Under the pieces are notes generated by a model, which worked only from the letters and a program-made list of their open reading frames with translations, did no database searches and was not told where the DNA came from. A stretch of DNA of 64,000 nt from Octopus sinensis (taxonomy: Eukaryota), in assembly GCF_006345805.1 (NCBI RefSeq), contig NC_043007.1:28706001-28770000 (forward strand), read 5' to 3'. Shown in pieces: positions 39,414 to 53,839 of the stretch. Numbering within the stretch: position 1 is the stretch's first letter; each line of letters starts with the position of its first letter. A program made the position numbers and the translations under genes.

Positions 39414-39467
<54 letters not shown>

Positions 39468-39490
39468 TATGTATATGTATGTATGTATAT

Positions 39491-42400
39491 CATCATCATC
39501 ATCATCGTCGTTTAACGTCCGTTCTCCATGCTAGCATGGGTTGGACGGTTTGACCGGGGTTCTGGGAAGCCAGAAGGCTGCACCAGGCTCCAGTCTAATC
39601 TGGCAATGTTTCTACAGCTGGATGCACTTCCTAACGCCAACCACTCCGTGAGTGTAGTGGGTGCTTTTTACGTGCCACCTGCACAGGTGCCAGGCGGGGC
39701 TGGCAACGGCCACGGTCAGATTGGTGTATTTTATGTGCCACCAGCACGGAAGCCAGTCGAGGCGGTGCTGGCATCGGCCACGAGTCGGATAGTGCTTTTT
39801 ACGTACCACCAGACCAGGGATCCTGGCTGGTTCAATTCGATTTCGATTTCGCTTGCCCCAACATGTCCTCACAAGCAAAGGGGGTTGGCATGGGTGCCTG
39901 TCGTACGGTCGCATTGGAGTATTTTACGTGCCACGGCCACGAGTCGGATAGTGCTTTTTACGTACCACCAGACCAGGGATCCTGGCTGGTTCAATTCGAT
40001 TTCGATTGCCCCAACATGTCTTCACAAGCAAAGGGGGTTGGCATGGGTGCCTGTCGTACGGTCGCATTGGAGTATTTTACGTGCCACGGCCACGAGTCGG
40101 ATAGTGCTTTTTACGTACCACCAGGCCAGGGATCCTGGCTGGTTCAATTCGGTTTCGATTTCGATTTCGCTTGCCCCAACATGTCTTCGCAAGCATGGGG
40201 GGTTGGCATGGGGTCTGTCGTCGGATGAGGTTCTATATCGACTTCGCTTGCCTCAACCGGTCTTGTGTCCAAGAGGAGGAAAGGCATTCATAAGTGGGCT
40301 GGGCTCACTTGTCCTGCCTGGTCTTCTCACGTACAGAATATTTCCAAAGGTCTCGGTCTCTGGTCATTTCCTCAGTGAGGCCTAAAGTTCGAAGGTCGTG
40401 CTTCACCACCTCGTCCCAGGTTTTCCTGGGTCTACCTCTTCACGGGTTCCCTCAACTGCCAGGGATTGGCACTTTCTCACACACCTATCTTCACCCATTC
40501 TCGCCACATGACCATACCAGCGCAATCGTCTCTCTTGCACACCACAACTGATGCTTCTTAGGTACAACATTTCTCTCAAGGTGCTAACGCTCTGTCGAGT
40601 ATGTACACTGACATTACACGTCCATCGGAGCATACTGGCTTCATTCCTCACGAGCTTACGCATGTCCTCAGCAGTCACGGCCCATGTTTCGCTGCCATGT
40701 AGCATGGCTGTTCGTACACACGCATCATACAGTCTGCCTTTTACTCTGAGCGAGAGGCCTTTAGTCACCAGCAGAGGTAAGAGCTCCCTAAACTTTGCCC
40801 AGGCTATTCTTATTCTAGCAGTTACACTTTCAGCGCACCCACCCCCACTACTGACTTGGTCACCTAGATAACGGAAGCTATCAACTACTTCTAGTTTTTC
40901 CCCCTGGAAAGTGACGGAAGTTGTTTTCTGCAGATTTTCGGAGGTTAATGCTCCCGAGCATCTGCCACATACAAAAACTACCTTCCCAGTTAGCCTACCT
41001 TTGACATTGCTGCACCTCTTATGTGTCCATAGGTTACACTGGGTACATCTTATAGAGTTCTACCTACACCTTTTCTACAGATCGAGCAGGGCCATCTTCC
41101 TGAAGATATTTGTGGATTGTCTACCTTTCTACTTATTAGTACTTTGGTTTTAGCTAGGTTGACTCTAAGGCCCCTTGATTCTAAACCCTCCTTCCACACC
41201 TGGAACTTCTCCTCCAGTTCTGATAGTGACTCAGCAATAAGAGCAAGGTCGTCAGCGTAGAGGAGCTCCCAGGGACAGCCTGTCTTGAAATCCTCCGTAA
41301 TTGCCTGGAGTAGTACTATGATAAATAGGAGGGGGCTGAGTACTGAACCCTGGTGGACCCCAACCTCTACTTTGAATTCTTCTGTGTACATGTTGCCAAC
41401 CCTAACCTTACTTACGGCATCTCTGTACATGGCTTGCACAGTCCTCACCAGCCATTCATCTATCCCTAGTTTCCTCATTGACCACCAGATAAGGGATCGG
41501 GGGACCCTATCAAAAGCTTTCTCCATGTCAACGAAAGCCAGGTACAGGGGCTTATCTTTGGCTAGGTATTTCTCCTGCAGCTGCCTTACCAGGAATATAG
41601 CATCAGTGGTACTTTTCCCTGGCACGAACCCAAACTGCATCTCATCTAAACTAACTCTCTCTCTAATTAGTTGGGCTATGACCCTCTCCGTAACCTTCAT
41701 TACTTGATCCAACAGCTTGATACCTCTGTAATTATTTGTATCTAGGGCATCACCTTTACCTTTGTAGCAGTTGACTAGTATGCTGCTGCACCAGTCATTG
41801 GGTATGACTCCTTCGTGTATCACCTGGTTGACTATACGGGTGACTAGGTTATAGCCGACACTGCCAGATATTTGAGCATCTCTGCAGTAATTCCTGATGG
41901 GCCTGGGGCTTTCCCTGTCTTCATGCTTCTAATTGCCTTAGCTACCACGGAACTATCAACTCGGATAGCTGGTCCCTCTGTAGGGTCAACATTCGGCAGA
42001 CTCTCTTTATCCCATTCATTTTCCTCATTCAGTAACCTTTCATAGTGGCGTCTCCAAGCTTCTCTCTTTGCATCCTCATTTAGCGCAAGTGAACCATCCT
42101 CCATGCGAACACATTTCTCTCCTACCACATCACGATTCTCTCTCACACACTGTCTTGCAACACGAAATACCTCAAGTCTTTCATCCTCACGGCGCAGGAC
42201 ATTGGTAAATTTCTCTTATCTGCTTCCCCTCTGGCTAGATAGACCTGTCTCCTAGCTTCCCTTCTGGCAGTCTGATACCCTTCCCTGCTACCACCGTTCT
42301 TCCAGGCCTTCCAAGCCTGTTCTTTTGTCTAATAGCCCTGTCAACAATATTGTTCCACCACCACGTTATTTTGGGTCTTAAGGGGACTTTGCACCAGCCA

Positions 42401-43259
42401 CAGATCTGGTCAGCGGCTTTCAGCAGGTTGTCCCTCAGAAACGTCAGTTGTCTTCTACCCCATGTGTAGCTATACCCCCTTCCACTTCGTCAAAGGCTTC
42501 AAGTAACATATCTCTAAATCTCTGTCCATTCGCAGGGGCTTTAAGCTTCCAGACCCTTCTTCTCCATGTTGGTCGTCTTCTAGTCGCCCTCTTAGTCCTG
42601 ATCCTAAAGTCACTAACTACCAGTCTATGTTGTGGGGTGCATTCTTCGCCTGGGAAGGTTTTGGCATTTATAAGCAGTCATCTTTCCCTTTTTCTGGCAA
42701 GGATGTAGTCGATTTGGCTAGTATGCCGGCCCGATCGGTAGGTGACCAGGTGGCTTGTTGGTTTCCTGAAGTTAGTGTTGCAGACCATAAGACTATTCGC
42801 ATCGCAGAACTCCAGCAGCCTGGTTCCCTCCTCGTTGCGGGAACCATAACCGTAGCCTCCATGTACGCCATGGAAGCCCCCAGCATGTCGTCCAACATGC
42901 CCATTGAAATCACCAGCCACAAAGAAGGTCCCTGTCGTTCGTCGATGAGGTGGTCTGCAGTAGGGTGTCATAGAAACTGTCTTTCTGTCCATCGGGTAGC
43001 CCTGGCTGAGGGGCATAGGCCGATATAATGGTTGCTAATCTATTATGAAGCACTATTCTAATCTTAAGTATTCTGTCACTTACTCTGATTACCTCAATTA
43101 CTCTATCTATCCATTTCTCAGCGATAAGTATACCCACGCCACCAACCCCGTCAGTGTTCCCTGCCCAGAAAATCTTGTACCTGTGTTCCTTGCCTGTGAG
43201 GACCCTAGCAGATCCTCCTCTCCACCTTATTTCTTGCATACAACATACATCAACACGTC

Positions 43260-43262
<3 letters not shown>
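39491..43262 (-). mobile_element. RTE LINE of ~3.8 kb, 5'-truncated inside the endonuclease; EN, RT and 3' UTR with frameshifts
   Basis: [35 protein letters not shown] (EN); KAPGPSG, NYRGIKLL, QFGF, DMEKAFD, VHQGSVLSP, YADDL (RT); RRLRWYGHV; (CAT)n tail. Confidence 0.96.
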
Positions 43263-43298
<36 letters not shown>

Positions 43299-43299
43299 G

Positions 43300-43342
<43 letters not shown>

Positions 43343-43395
43343 GTATATGTATGTATGTATATATATGTATATATATGTATGTATGTATATATATG

Positions 43396-43426
<31 letters not shown>

Positions 43427-43427
43427 G

Positions 43428-43465
<38 letters not shown>

Positions 43466-43518
43466 TATATATATGTATGTATATATATGTATATATATGT
43501 ATATATGTATATATATGT

Positions 43519-45607
43519 AGGCGAAGAGCTAAGCTCTCGAAGCAACTGAATGCACGGCAGAGAAACAATAAGGGGACTCCACCTGAAACTTTTTGAAACG
43601 GAAACTGCACTCAAACTTTCCTATGAGAAGGAGAGGGCAGAGAGAGAAGCCAGGGCCATAGAGAATATTAAAACAAACCCTAAAGCTTTCTTAAATTTGC
43701 GAAAGAAACCACCTCGGTACACTGCAAGATTGGCCCACTCTTTGATAAAAGGCTCTCTAACTGAGGACCCCCAAGGGAAAGTGAAATACTAAAGGAACAG
43801 TATAAAAGTGTGTTCACATCCCCTCTGGGGCACATGCAAATCACAAACCCAGAAGTTTTCTTTGATGCCACAAACACCCAAACCAAACAACAAACCATCG
43901 ACCACATAGACATAACAGAGAGGATATGTAATATCTGCCATAGAGAAATGAGAATAAACTCAGCTGCTGGACAGATGGATTCCCAGCAGTTCCTAAAAAC
44001 ATGCAGGCATGCCCTAGCGGGACCACTGAAGATGCTCTTCAGTGGTTCTTGGCTAACGGTAAACTGCCCAGGGCGCTAAAAGAAGGCACCATATGCCTAT
44101 CCACAAAGGAGGGAGTAGAGCAGAGGCCAAAAACTACAGGCCAGTCTCCCTGACGTCACACATAAGTAAGGTCATGGAACGAATCATCAGAAAAAAACGA
44201 TCACGTTCCTCGAAGAAACTAACCGTCTCACTGACACACAGCATGGCTTTCGCCCAGGAAGAAGCTGCCTTACGCAGCTGACAAACACTACGACTGGGTA
44301 CTGAAACAACTACTGGATCGCTCACAGGTGGATGTGTGGTATATCTCGACTTTGCGAAGGCCTTTGACAAAGTCGACCACGGAGTGATATGTCACAAATT
44401 ACTCAGACTCGGCATAACAGAAAAGTAGGTGAGTGGATACATGACTTCCTGAAGGACAGAAGCCAGATGGTTGCAGCCAATGGAGCCCTCTCGGGAAAGA
44501 CACCAATAGCAAGCGGGGTGTGCCACAGGGCACAGTCTTGGGACCCTTGCTGTTTTGGTGGCGCTCTCTGACATGCCCTTGGTAGCACAAACAACATCCC
44601 TCACTAGCTATGCTGATGACACAAAGGTAGCACAGGCAATAAAAAACCCAGCTGATGCTGACCTTTTACAACAAGATCTGGATGCCATATACAAATGGGC
44701 TGAAGAAAACAACATGCAATTTAATGCTGGTAAATTTCAAGCCTTACAATATCAAGCTGTAAACACATATACATTACAACACAACTATACTGGTCCAGGA
44801 GGAGATCGAAATCCCAGTATCGAAATCAATACGGGACCTGGGGATAGACATGAGTGACGATGCATCTTTTTCTTCACACATCGCGAAGGTGGCGACAATG
44901 TGCAGACGACTCACTGGCTGGATCCTGAGGACATTCCGGACAAGAGACTGCGAGACCATGTTGACACTATGGAGGACATTTGTCCTAAGCCGCCTAGACT
45001 ACTGCTCCCAACTGTGGTCACCGCATAGTGTCAAACTAACCACAGAGCTTGAGACAATCCAAAGACATTTCACCAAGAGGATTTCCACCATGAAAGAAAA
45101 AAACTATTGGGAGAGGCTTAGGGAACTCAATTTGTACTCCTTGGAACGAAGACGAGAGAGATATGCAGTGATATACATATGGAAAATCCTGGAGGGGACT
45201 AGCACCAAATTTTGGAATTGAGAGCTGTTCCAATCCCCGTACAGGACGTCACTGTGTGGTGCCAAAGGTCCCGTCTTCCACATCCAGGGTAAGGAGCAGA
45301 TACTGTAATAGCCTGGGGTTCAGGGGCCCTCAGCTGTTCAACAAACTGCCAAGAAAACTAAGAGATCTACATGATGCGGATGTGGACATTTTTAAAAAAC
45401 ATCTAGACAAGCTGCTTTCCGGGATCCCAGATGAACCCACTGCAAGGTACGAAGGTAACCTAGGGCAGCAGCTACAAACTCTCTCTTAGATCAGTGGCCA
45501 GCCACGGCAAACTGGACTTAGAGAGGGTAGCAACAAGGGCGGTGCCCCAGCATGGCCTCAGCCGGATGGCTGAAACAAGTAAAAGAGTAAAAGAGTAAAA
45601 AAAAAGA
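43519..45607 (+). mobile_element. 5'-truncated CR1/L2-group LINE (RT to 3' end), many indels
   Basis: [52 protein letters not shown]; terminal hairpin and AGTAAAAG tail. Confidence 0.93.
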
Positions 45608-45650
45608 GTATGTATATATATGTATGTATATATATGTATATATATGTATG

Positions 45651-45715
<65 letters not shown>

Positions 45716-45943
45716 TATATGTATGTATATATATATATATATATGTATGTATATATATAATATATATGTATGTATATATATATATATATGTATGTATATA
45801 TATATATATGTATATATATATATTATATATATATATTATGTATGTATATATATATATATATGTGTATATATATATGTATGTTTATATGTATGTTATATAT
45901 ATATATATATGTATGTATATATAATATATATATGTATGTATAT

Positions 45944-45981
<38 letters not shown>

Positions 45982-46455
45982 GTATGTATATATATATATA
46001 TGTATGTATGTATATATATATGTATGTATATATATATGTATGTATGTATATATATATGTATGTATATATATATGTATGTATATATATATATGTATATATA
46101 TATGTATGTATATATATATATATGTATGTATATATATATATATGTATGTATGTATATATATATATATGTATGTATATATATATATATGTATGTATAATAT
46201 ATATGTATGTATATATATATATGTATGTATATATATATGTATGTATATATATATATATGTATGGATATATATTATATGTATATATATATATGTATGTATA
46301 TATATATATATGTATGTATATATGTATGTAATATATATATTATATGTATGTATATATATATGTATGTATGTATATATATATGTATGTATGTATATATATA
46401 TGTATGTATGTATATATATATGTATGTATGATTATATATATATGTATGTATGTAT

Positions 46456-46489
<34 letters not shown>

Positions 46490-46726
46490 GTATATATATA
46501 TATGTATGTATATATATATATATATGTATGTATTTATATATTGTATGTATATTATATATGTATATATATATATATATGTATGTATATATATATGTATGTA
46601 TATATATATATATGTATGATATATATATATATGTATGTGTATGTATATATATGTATGTGTATGTATATATATGTATGTATATATATATGTATGTATATAT
46701 ATATATGTATGTATATATATATATGT

Positions 46727-46767
<41 letters not shown>

Positions 46768-46940
46768 TATATGTATATATATATGTATGTGTATGTATAT
46801 ATATGTATGTATATATATATATGTATATATATATATGTATGTATATATATATGTATGTATATAAGTATGTATGTATATAAGTATCTATATATATATGTAT
46901 GTACGTATATATGTATGTGTATGTGTATGTATATATATGT
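45608..46940. repeat. Compound (TA)/(TATG)n microsatellite
   Basis: Read directly. Confidence 0.97.
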
Positions 46941-47556
46941 CATCATCATCATCATCATCGTTTAACGTCCGCTTTCCATGCTAGCATGGGTTGGACGGTT
47001 CAACTGGGGTCTGGCAAGCCCGAAGGCTGCACCAGGCCAGTCAGATCTGGCAGTGTTTCCACAGCTGGATGCCCTTCCTAACGCCAACCACTCCGAGAGT
47101 GTAGTGGGTGATTTTATGTGCCACCGACACAGGTGCCAGACGAGGCTGGCAGACGGCCACGCTCGGATGGTGTTTTTTATGTGCCACCGACACAGGTGCC
47201 AGACGGGGCTGGCGGAACGGCCACGCTCGGATGGTGTTGTTACGTGCCCTCAGCACGGAGGCCAGTCGTTGCGGTACTGGCTACGATCACGTTTGGATGG
47301 TTTTCTTATGTGCCACCGGCACTGGTACCACAAGGATACAAATTCCATTGATGTTCATCTATTTTGATTTGGTTCGATTTGATTTGATTTGATTCGATTC
47401 GATTCCCACTTGCCTCAACAGGTCTTCACAAGTGTCACAAGAAGGAAGGTATGCACAGGTGGACTGACTACGTCCCAGGTAGGGGCCACGGATTATGGCT
47501 TCACTAGTCTTGCCGGGTCTTCTCACGCACAGCATACTTCCATAGGTCTCGGTCTC
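46941..47556 (-). mobile_element. RTE LINE 3' end (mostly 3' UTR)
   Basis: (CAT)n tail and a 3' UTR homologous to 39491-40350. Confidence 0.9.
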
Positions 47557-47632
47557 ATGTATATGTATGTATGTATATATGTATGTATGTATATGTATAT
47601 ATGTATGTATGTATATATATGTATGTATATAT

Positions 47633-48839
47633 CCTTAAATCCTTAAAAATGTTTTAGCCCGAAGGCCGCGGCCATGCTGGGGCACCACCGCTGAATGAGC
47701 TACACTAGTTTGTGAATCCACCTCTGATACGTGGCACTTGATCAACAAGGGAGTTCGATGCTGCTGCCCGCATCCGTGTCTCCTGTCGTGAGGTAGGTTC
47801 ATCTGGGACTCCCAACAAGAAGAGATCCAGTTTAGTTTTAAAGAAACCCACATCCACACCATGTAGTCTCTCAGGCATTTAGGGAGGATGTTAAAGAGCT
47901 GTGGTCCTCTGAAACCCAAGCTGTTGCAGTATCTGGACCTGTATTTTGATGGTGATGTTGGAATCCTTTGGCACCACGCAGCGGCGCCCCGTTCTGCGGT
48001 TGGAGTACTTTGAATGCCAAAGTTGGGACAAGACCTCCAGGATTTTCCAGATGCATATCACTGCATATCTCTCACGCCTCCGCGTCCAAGGAGAAGAGGT
48101 TTAATACCTTCAGTCTTTCCCAGTAGCTGACATTTTGCATTGAGACGATTTTCTTTGTGTAGCTTCTCTGAGTTGCTTCGAGTTCTGCTGTTTGTTTTAT
48201 ATTGTGTGGTGACCAAAGTTGGGAGGCAGTAGTCCAGCGGCTGAGGACAAATGTTTTCATAGGACCATCAGTGTCTCCTTCTCTCTTGTTCTGAAAGTTC
48301 GGAGAATCCATCCAGCTAGCCGTCTGCATTTTATCACCAGATTAGCAAATGCATTTGAAAGATGCATCATTGCTCATGTCAATGCCCAGGTCATGCACTG
48401 ATTTTGACTCAGGGATTGCAATTCTTCCGGGCCAGTGTATCCAGTCTTCACGTCATTTACCTTTGGTGTGCCAGTAGCGCAGGGCTTGGAGCTTACCTGC
48501 ATTAAACTGCATGTTGTTGTCCTCAGCCCCCTGTATATTGTGTCCAGCTCATGTTGCAGATGCGCAATATTTCAGGTTTTTGTATTGCGTGGGAGACTTT
48601 GTGTGTCATCTGCATAGCTAGCAAGGGTTGGTCATCGTAGCAACTGAAGGCATGTCTGAAAGGGCCACTATGAACATCAGTGGCCCCAAGACAGTGCCCT
48701 GTGGGACCGCTTGTTATTTGCAATTCCCTGGGGTGGCTCCATTCTCACAATGCCTGTTTCTGTCTTTTAGGAAGTTGTGCAGCCACTCTCCAAGTTTCCC
48801 GCCTATGCCGAGACCACGCAGTTTGTGACAGATCATACC

Positions 48840-48840
<1 letters not shown>
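47633..48840 (-). mobile_element. 5'-truncated CR1/L2-group LINE
   Basis: Minus-strand fragments GMICHKL..GKLGEWLH.FLKDR, YADDT, QLWSPHNIKQTAELEATQRSYTKKI, GFRGPQLFNILP; tail (ATTTAAGG)n. Confidence 0.9.
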
Positions 48841-48870
<30 letters not shown>

Positions 48871-48917
48871 TATATATTTGTATGTATGTATATATGTAAT
48901 GTAGGTAGTATATATTA

Positions 48918-48949
<32 letters not shown>

Positions 48950-49114
48950 GTATATATATATATGTTATATATATATGTATATTATATATGTATATATATA
49001 TAATGTATATATATATATGTATATATATATAGTATATATATATTGTATATATATTATGTATATATATATATGTATATATATATATGTATACATTATATGT
49101 ATACATATATTATA

Positions 49115-49147
<33 letters not shown>

Positions 49148-49574
49148 GTATATAATATTTATATGTATATATATATAGTAATATATATGTATATATATAT
49201 ATGTATATATATATAGGTATATATATATATTTATACTTATATATATGTATATATATATATGTATATATTATATATGTATATAATATGTATATATATATAT
49301 GTATATATATATATGTATATAATGTATATGTATGTATATATATGTATATGTATATATATGTATATGTATATATATGTATATGTTATATATGTATATATAT
49401 ATATGTATATGTATATATATGTATATATATGTAATATATGTATATATGATATATATATATATATTAATATGTATATATATATATATATATGTGTTAATAA
49501 TATGTGTGTATATATTGTGTATATATATTATATGTGTGTATATAATATATGTGTGTAATATATATATATGTGTG

Positions 49575-49662
<88 letters not shown>

Positions 49663-49754
49663 GTATATATATATATATATATATGTATCTATATATATAT
49701 ATAAGTATATATATATATAATATATGTATATTATATATATATATATGTATATAT
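48841..49754. repeat. Degenerate (TA)n-rich microsatellite
   Basis: Read directly. Confidence 0.97.
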
Positions 49755-52700
49755 AACTTAGAATAACTTAGAAAGGTTTTTGACCAGTATTGGCCCAGGC
49801 CATGTCTAACTTAATAGCACCACCTGGCGAAGTCTTTCAGTTCAGGATTTGGGCACAAGGCCCATTCGAGCAGAGAGTTATTGTTTGCGGAGACATATCC
49901 GGTGTGGGTGGTTTGTCCGGTACTGTTTGAAGGAATTTGTCCAAAGACTTCTTGAATTTTGTGTGGTCCGTTTCTTTTTTGACGTGTCCTGGTGTAATGT
50001 TGAAGAGAGCGGGTCCAATTGATGTGAAATAGTTGTGCCGTATTGTCGTTATGTGATGCGATTTAGATTTTGTTGTGGACGGATGGCACGTGGTCCAAGC
50101 CTTGGATGCATTTGAATGAGGTGATGCCAACATCATTCGGACAGTGCTGATGGAATTTTTCCACATCATACAGATAATGTAGCGTTCACGGCGTCGTTGG
50201 AGTGAATACAATTTCAGCTTCTCTAGTCTACCCCCTTAGTATCAGGTCTGACATGCCATCTATCTTTTTGTGATTGACCTTTGGGAGCTTCAATTCTCAT
50301 AATATTTTGTTTTGTGTAGGGAGACCACAGTGGACAGCAGATTCAAGGTGGGGGGTCGGGCAAAAGTGGAGAAGAGAAGGATAATAGCGTGGGAATCTCT
50401 CGACTGGAAGGTTCTGAGAATCCAGGAACACATTCTGCGGGCCATGTCAACTTTGCTGCTTATATGTGTAGCCCAGCTTATGTTGTTGTCCACTGTTACT
50501 CCCAGGTCTCTGATGTTGTTGGATGCCATGAGAATTTCTCCAGAAGGAAGAGAGTATGGGAGTTTCAGAGCGTCCTCCCTTCCAAAGTGGATCAGTTCGA
50601 ATTTGTCTTCATTTAGCAAACATGTTATTCTTTTCCGGCCCATTGGACAACAGCCAGTAGGTCTGACTGAAGGTTTATTCGGTCATCCACGCCATTGATG
50701 ACCTTCTGGAGCTTGGAAATCATCAGCGAAGGTTCTGATGTGCTGGTTTGATGGTGTCATAATATCATTTAGTAGATGATGAAGAGAAGTGGCCCACACA
50801 GTGCCTTGTGGGACACCACTGCTGACTTTGGCTGGGCTGGATTTGACTCCTTCGACTACAACATGTTTGGGTTCTGTTAGAGAGGAAGCACTTGATCCAT
50901 TGCCAGCAGCTTTCCAGTGACACCAATATTGGACAGCTTTCTCAGAAGGATCTTATGATCAACCCTGTCAAAGGCCTGCTGAATCAAGGTAGATGACATC
51001 AGTGTTGGAACCCTCTCCCAAGGCTCTCAAATGTCATCCAAATGATGCAGTAGCTGCGTCAGGCAATCTCTCCCATTACGGAATCCATGCTGGGTGGGGT
51101 TCAGCATATTCGGACTCTCAAGGAAGTGAGTCATACGCGATCTCAGCACCCTCTCAAATACCTTGATGATATGAGAGGTGAGTGAGATTGGACGGTAATT
51201 CACGGCAGCGATTTTTTTCCTTTTTGAAAACTGGGAAAACAAGAGGGATATAGAGGTCTTCTGGTATATATCCAGCATCCATGATGAGTTCCGCACAGAT
51301 TGGCTAGAGGGGGTGCAAGTTGGTTTTGACACATCTTCAAGACACAAGCAGGGAACCTATCGGGACCTACTGCTGAATTATGCTTCATTTCTTTATTGCT
51401 GCTAAGACATCAGGAGCGCCAATGTTATGTCGATAAAGTGTATTGGGGAGTAACATCACTGATACAGCCCAGATCAGTCATATCAGATTGCTGAAAACAG
51501 AGCAATATTGTTTTCTGCAATATTTCTCCCATGGTTGGCATTGTCTTGAAGAGTACCATTTTCATCAATCAGAGGCCAAATAGAACCAGTGACTCTGTGT
51601 TTTTTTGCAAATGAAAAGAACACTTTGGGATTGATGTTGATCTTCTCAATGGCCCAGGCCTCTTCAGCTCTTCGCTGACTATTGATGATAGACATCATGG
51701 TTGTTTTGGAGTTTATATGTTTTTTAATCTCTAGCGACGAGATGGCAGTCAGGTTGGTGTGTGCTGTTGACAGTATTTCAGCATGTTGATCTTTTTTGTT
51801 GATTCTTTTAATTTTCCTTATGAGAGATTTTCTATTTCTAGGGATTCGACACTTAGATTTGTTTGCAGATCTTAATGGGGTGTGTCTTGCACATATGTTC
51901 GTGATGGTGTCTACAAGTGACTGCCAGGACTTTTTGATGTTAGTGGGTGTGTATGGTGTGCGTGAAGGACCAATCGACTTGCAAATGCAAAATCTTATTG
52001 ATCGCTCCCAGTTTGCATTGTGGAAATCCATAGTGTCAAATGGATGAACAGGAGGATGACATTTGTTTTGCATTTTGGCCAGTGAAATCTCAGATCACAG
52101 AGAACCATGTCATGGTCGGAGAGTAGGGTTTTCTCCACTGCAATATTGTGGATAGTAATCAGTGTGATTGCTGAAAATTAAGTCTAAGACGTTTTTGTGA
52201 CATCTCGTTGGTTCGAGTACCAGTTGGGACAAGAAGAAGTCATCCATGAAGTCAAGAAGCGATTCCACTGCCTCCCTGTCAGGGGTTGAGAGAGAAGAAC
52301 CTGGCGGCAGACTGTTTGTAGACCGTCAACCCCGGGAAGGTTGAATCTCCCATCATTAAAATGTTGTCAGTTGACACTGCTGAATGAAACACTTTATGCT
52401 GTTGAGGCATTCCTTGAAGCATGGTAGGGGCGTTTTGGGGTGGTCTGTAGAGCCCAACTACTGTTAAGTTGTTGGTTTGACTGAATACAGCGACTGCTTC
52501 GCAGTATCCATTCGAAAATAGTGTTCATGGCTTCTGTTGAGAATGAATCATGGACATAAATGGCAGTCCCACCTTTCTTCTGCCAACCGATCAGCACGAA
52601 TGGGTTTGAAATTTTAACTTTCACCTCGGCTTCCAAGTGGAGGTCACTAAGATGGGTTTCAGTGAGGACGAAGAAGGGATGTGGTTTGGATGGGCCTCGA

Positions 52701-53839
52701 CCCAGTCCTCCAGGAATCTTATCTTCCATTTTTGGTATTGGTGGAAGGGCTGATGCCTTGGGCATAAGCAGAAATGTTGAGGCGAGAGCGAGAGGGTGGT
52801 TTAATTGTTTTGGTGATTGGTTATTTGATTGCTTTTTAATGGCATGTGTAGTGGGGTAATAGTGGTGGATGGCGGTGGGTGATAGCTCGGATGTTTTTTT
52901 CCAGTTCTTTTGCTAGATTCATTATAGCTAAAAAGAGGAAGAAGAGGTGGCCTGTCTAGGGAACCGCAGGTGACTGTGGCGCGGCTATTTTTATGTGAGT
53001 GGTTATCTTAAATGTCCGACGAGGTCCCCGGGAGATGGGTAAAGGGCAATCCCTGTGCAAGCACAATCTGTCTCGCTGGGAATCGCGGGATAGATTTGGG
53101 ATTCCTGTTTGATTTGAGAATTGGTGGTTGTGGATGTTGTATTATGGTGGTGCTGTTGTAGTTTGTGGGGATAGAGCGTTTGTTCCAGGGTAAATGGTGA
53201 ATTTGCAGTCTCTATCAGGCACAGTCTATGGCGAAGAGAATATCGGCAAATGATGGGTTTCGAGGGTGTGTAGGTGCGTGTGTGTGTGTGAGCTGTGAAA
53301 GGTGTAGATGATAGTTTGTTGAAGTTTTGGCGACCTTTGTGACCTGTAGGAGGTAAATTCCTTGAGATAGCATTAGTAGTAGTAGCTGTAGTAGTAGTAG
53401 TAGTAGTAGTAGGTAGAAGAGATGTTGACAGTGGTAATGATTGAGGAGGTCGATTCCAGACAAAGATGTTTGTCGATATATAGTGGAGTAGTTACTAGTA
53501 GTAGTAAGCAGAGGAGATGGTGTTGACAATGATGATGATTGAGCTGCTGGGGCAGTGAAAGGAAGGGTGGTGCTTCCTGCTGTGTGACCCTGATGACTGG
53601 GGGGTCAATCGTTTCATTAGCAATCGGCCATTGTAGATGAAATCAAGGAGTGGTTCATGTTGTTGTGTGTTGAGGTTGTTGTTGTTGCCTCTGAGGTTGT
53701 TGCTGCTGAAGTTGTTGTTGTTGCTGTAGCTGTTGTTGTTGTTGTTGCTGCTGAGTTTGTTGTGTTGAGGTTGTTGTTGTTGTTGTTGCGCTGGTGATGC
53801 GTTTGAGAGAAAACACATCTCAGTTTATCGAAGTGTTTA

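Noticed and set aside
39528-40385. 285-aa plus-strand ORF with internal repeats
   Set aside because: Antisense reading of the RTE 3' UTR and its 155-bp triplication.
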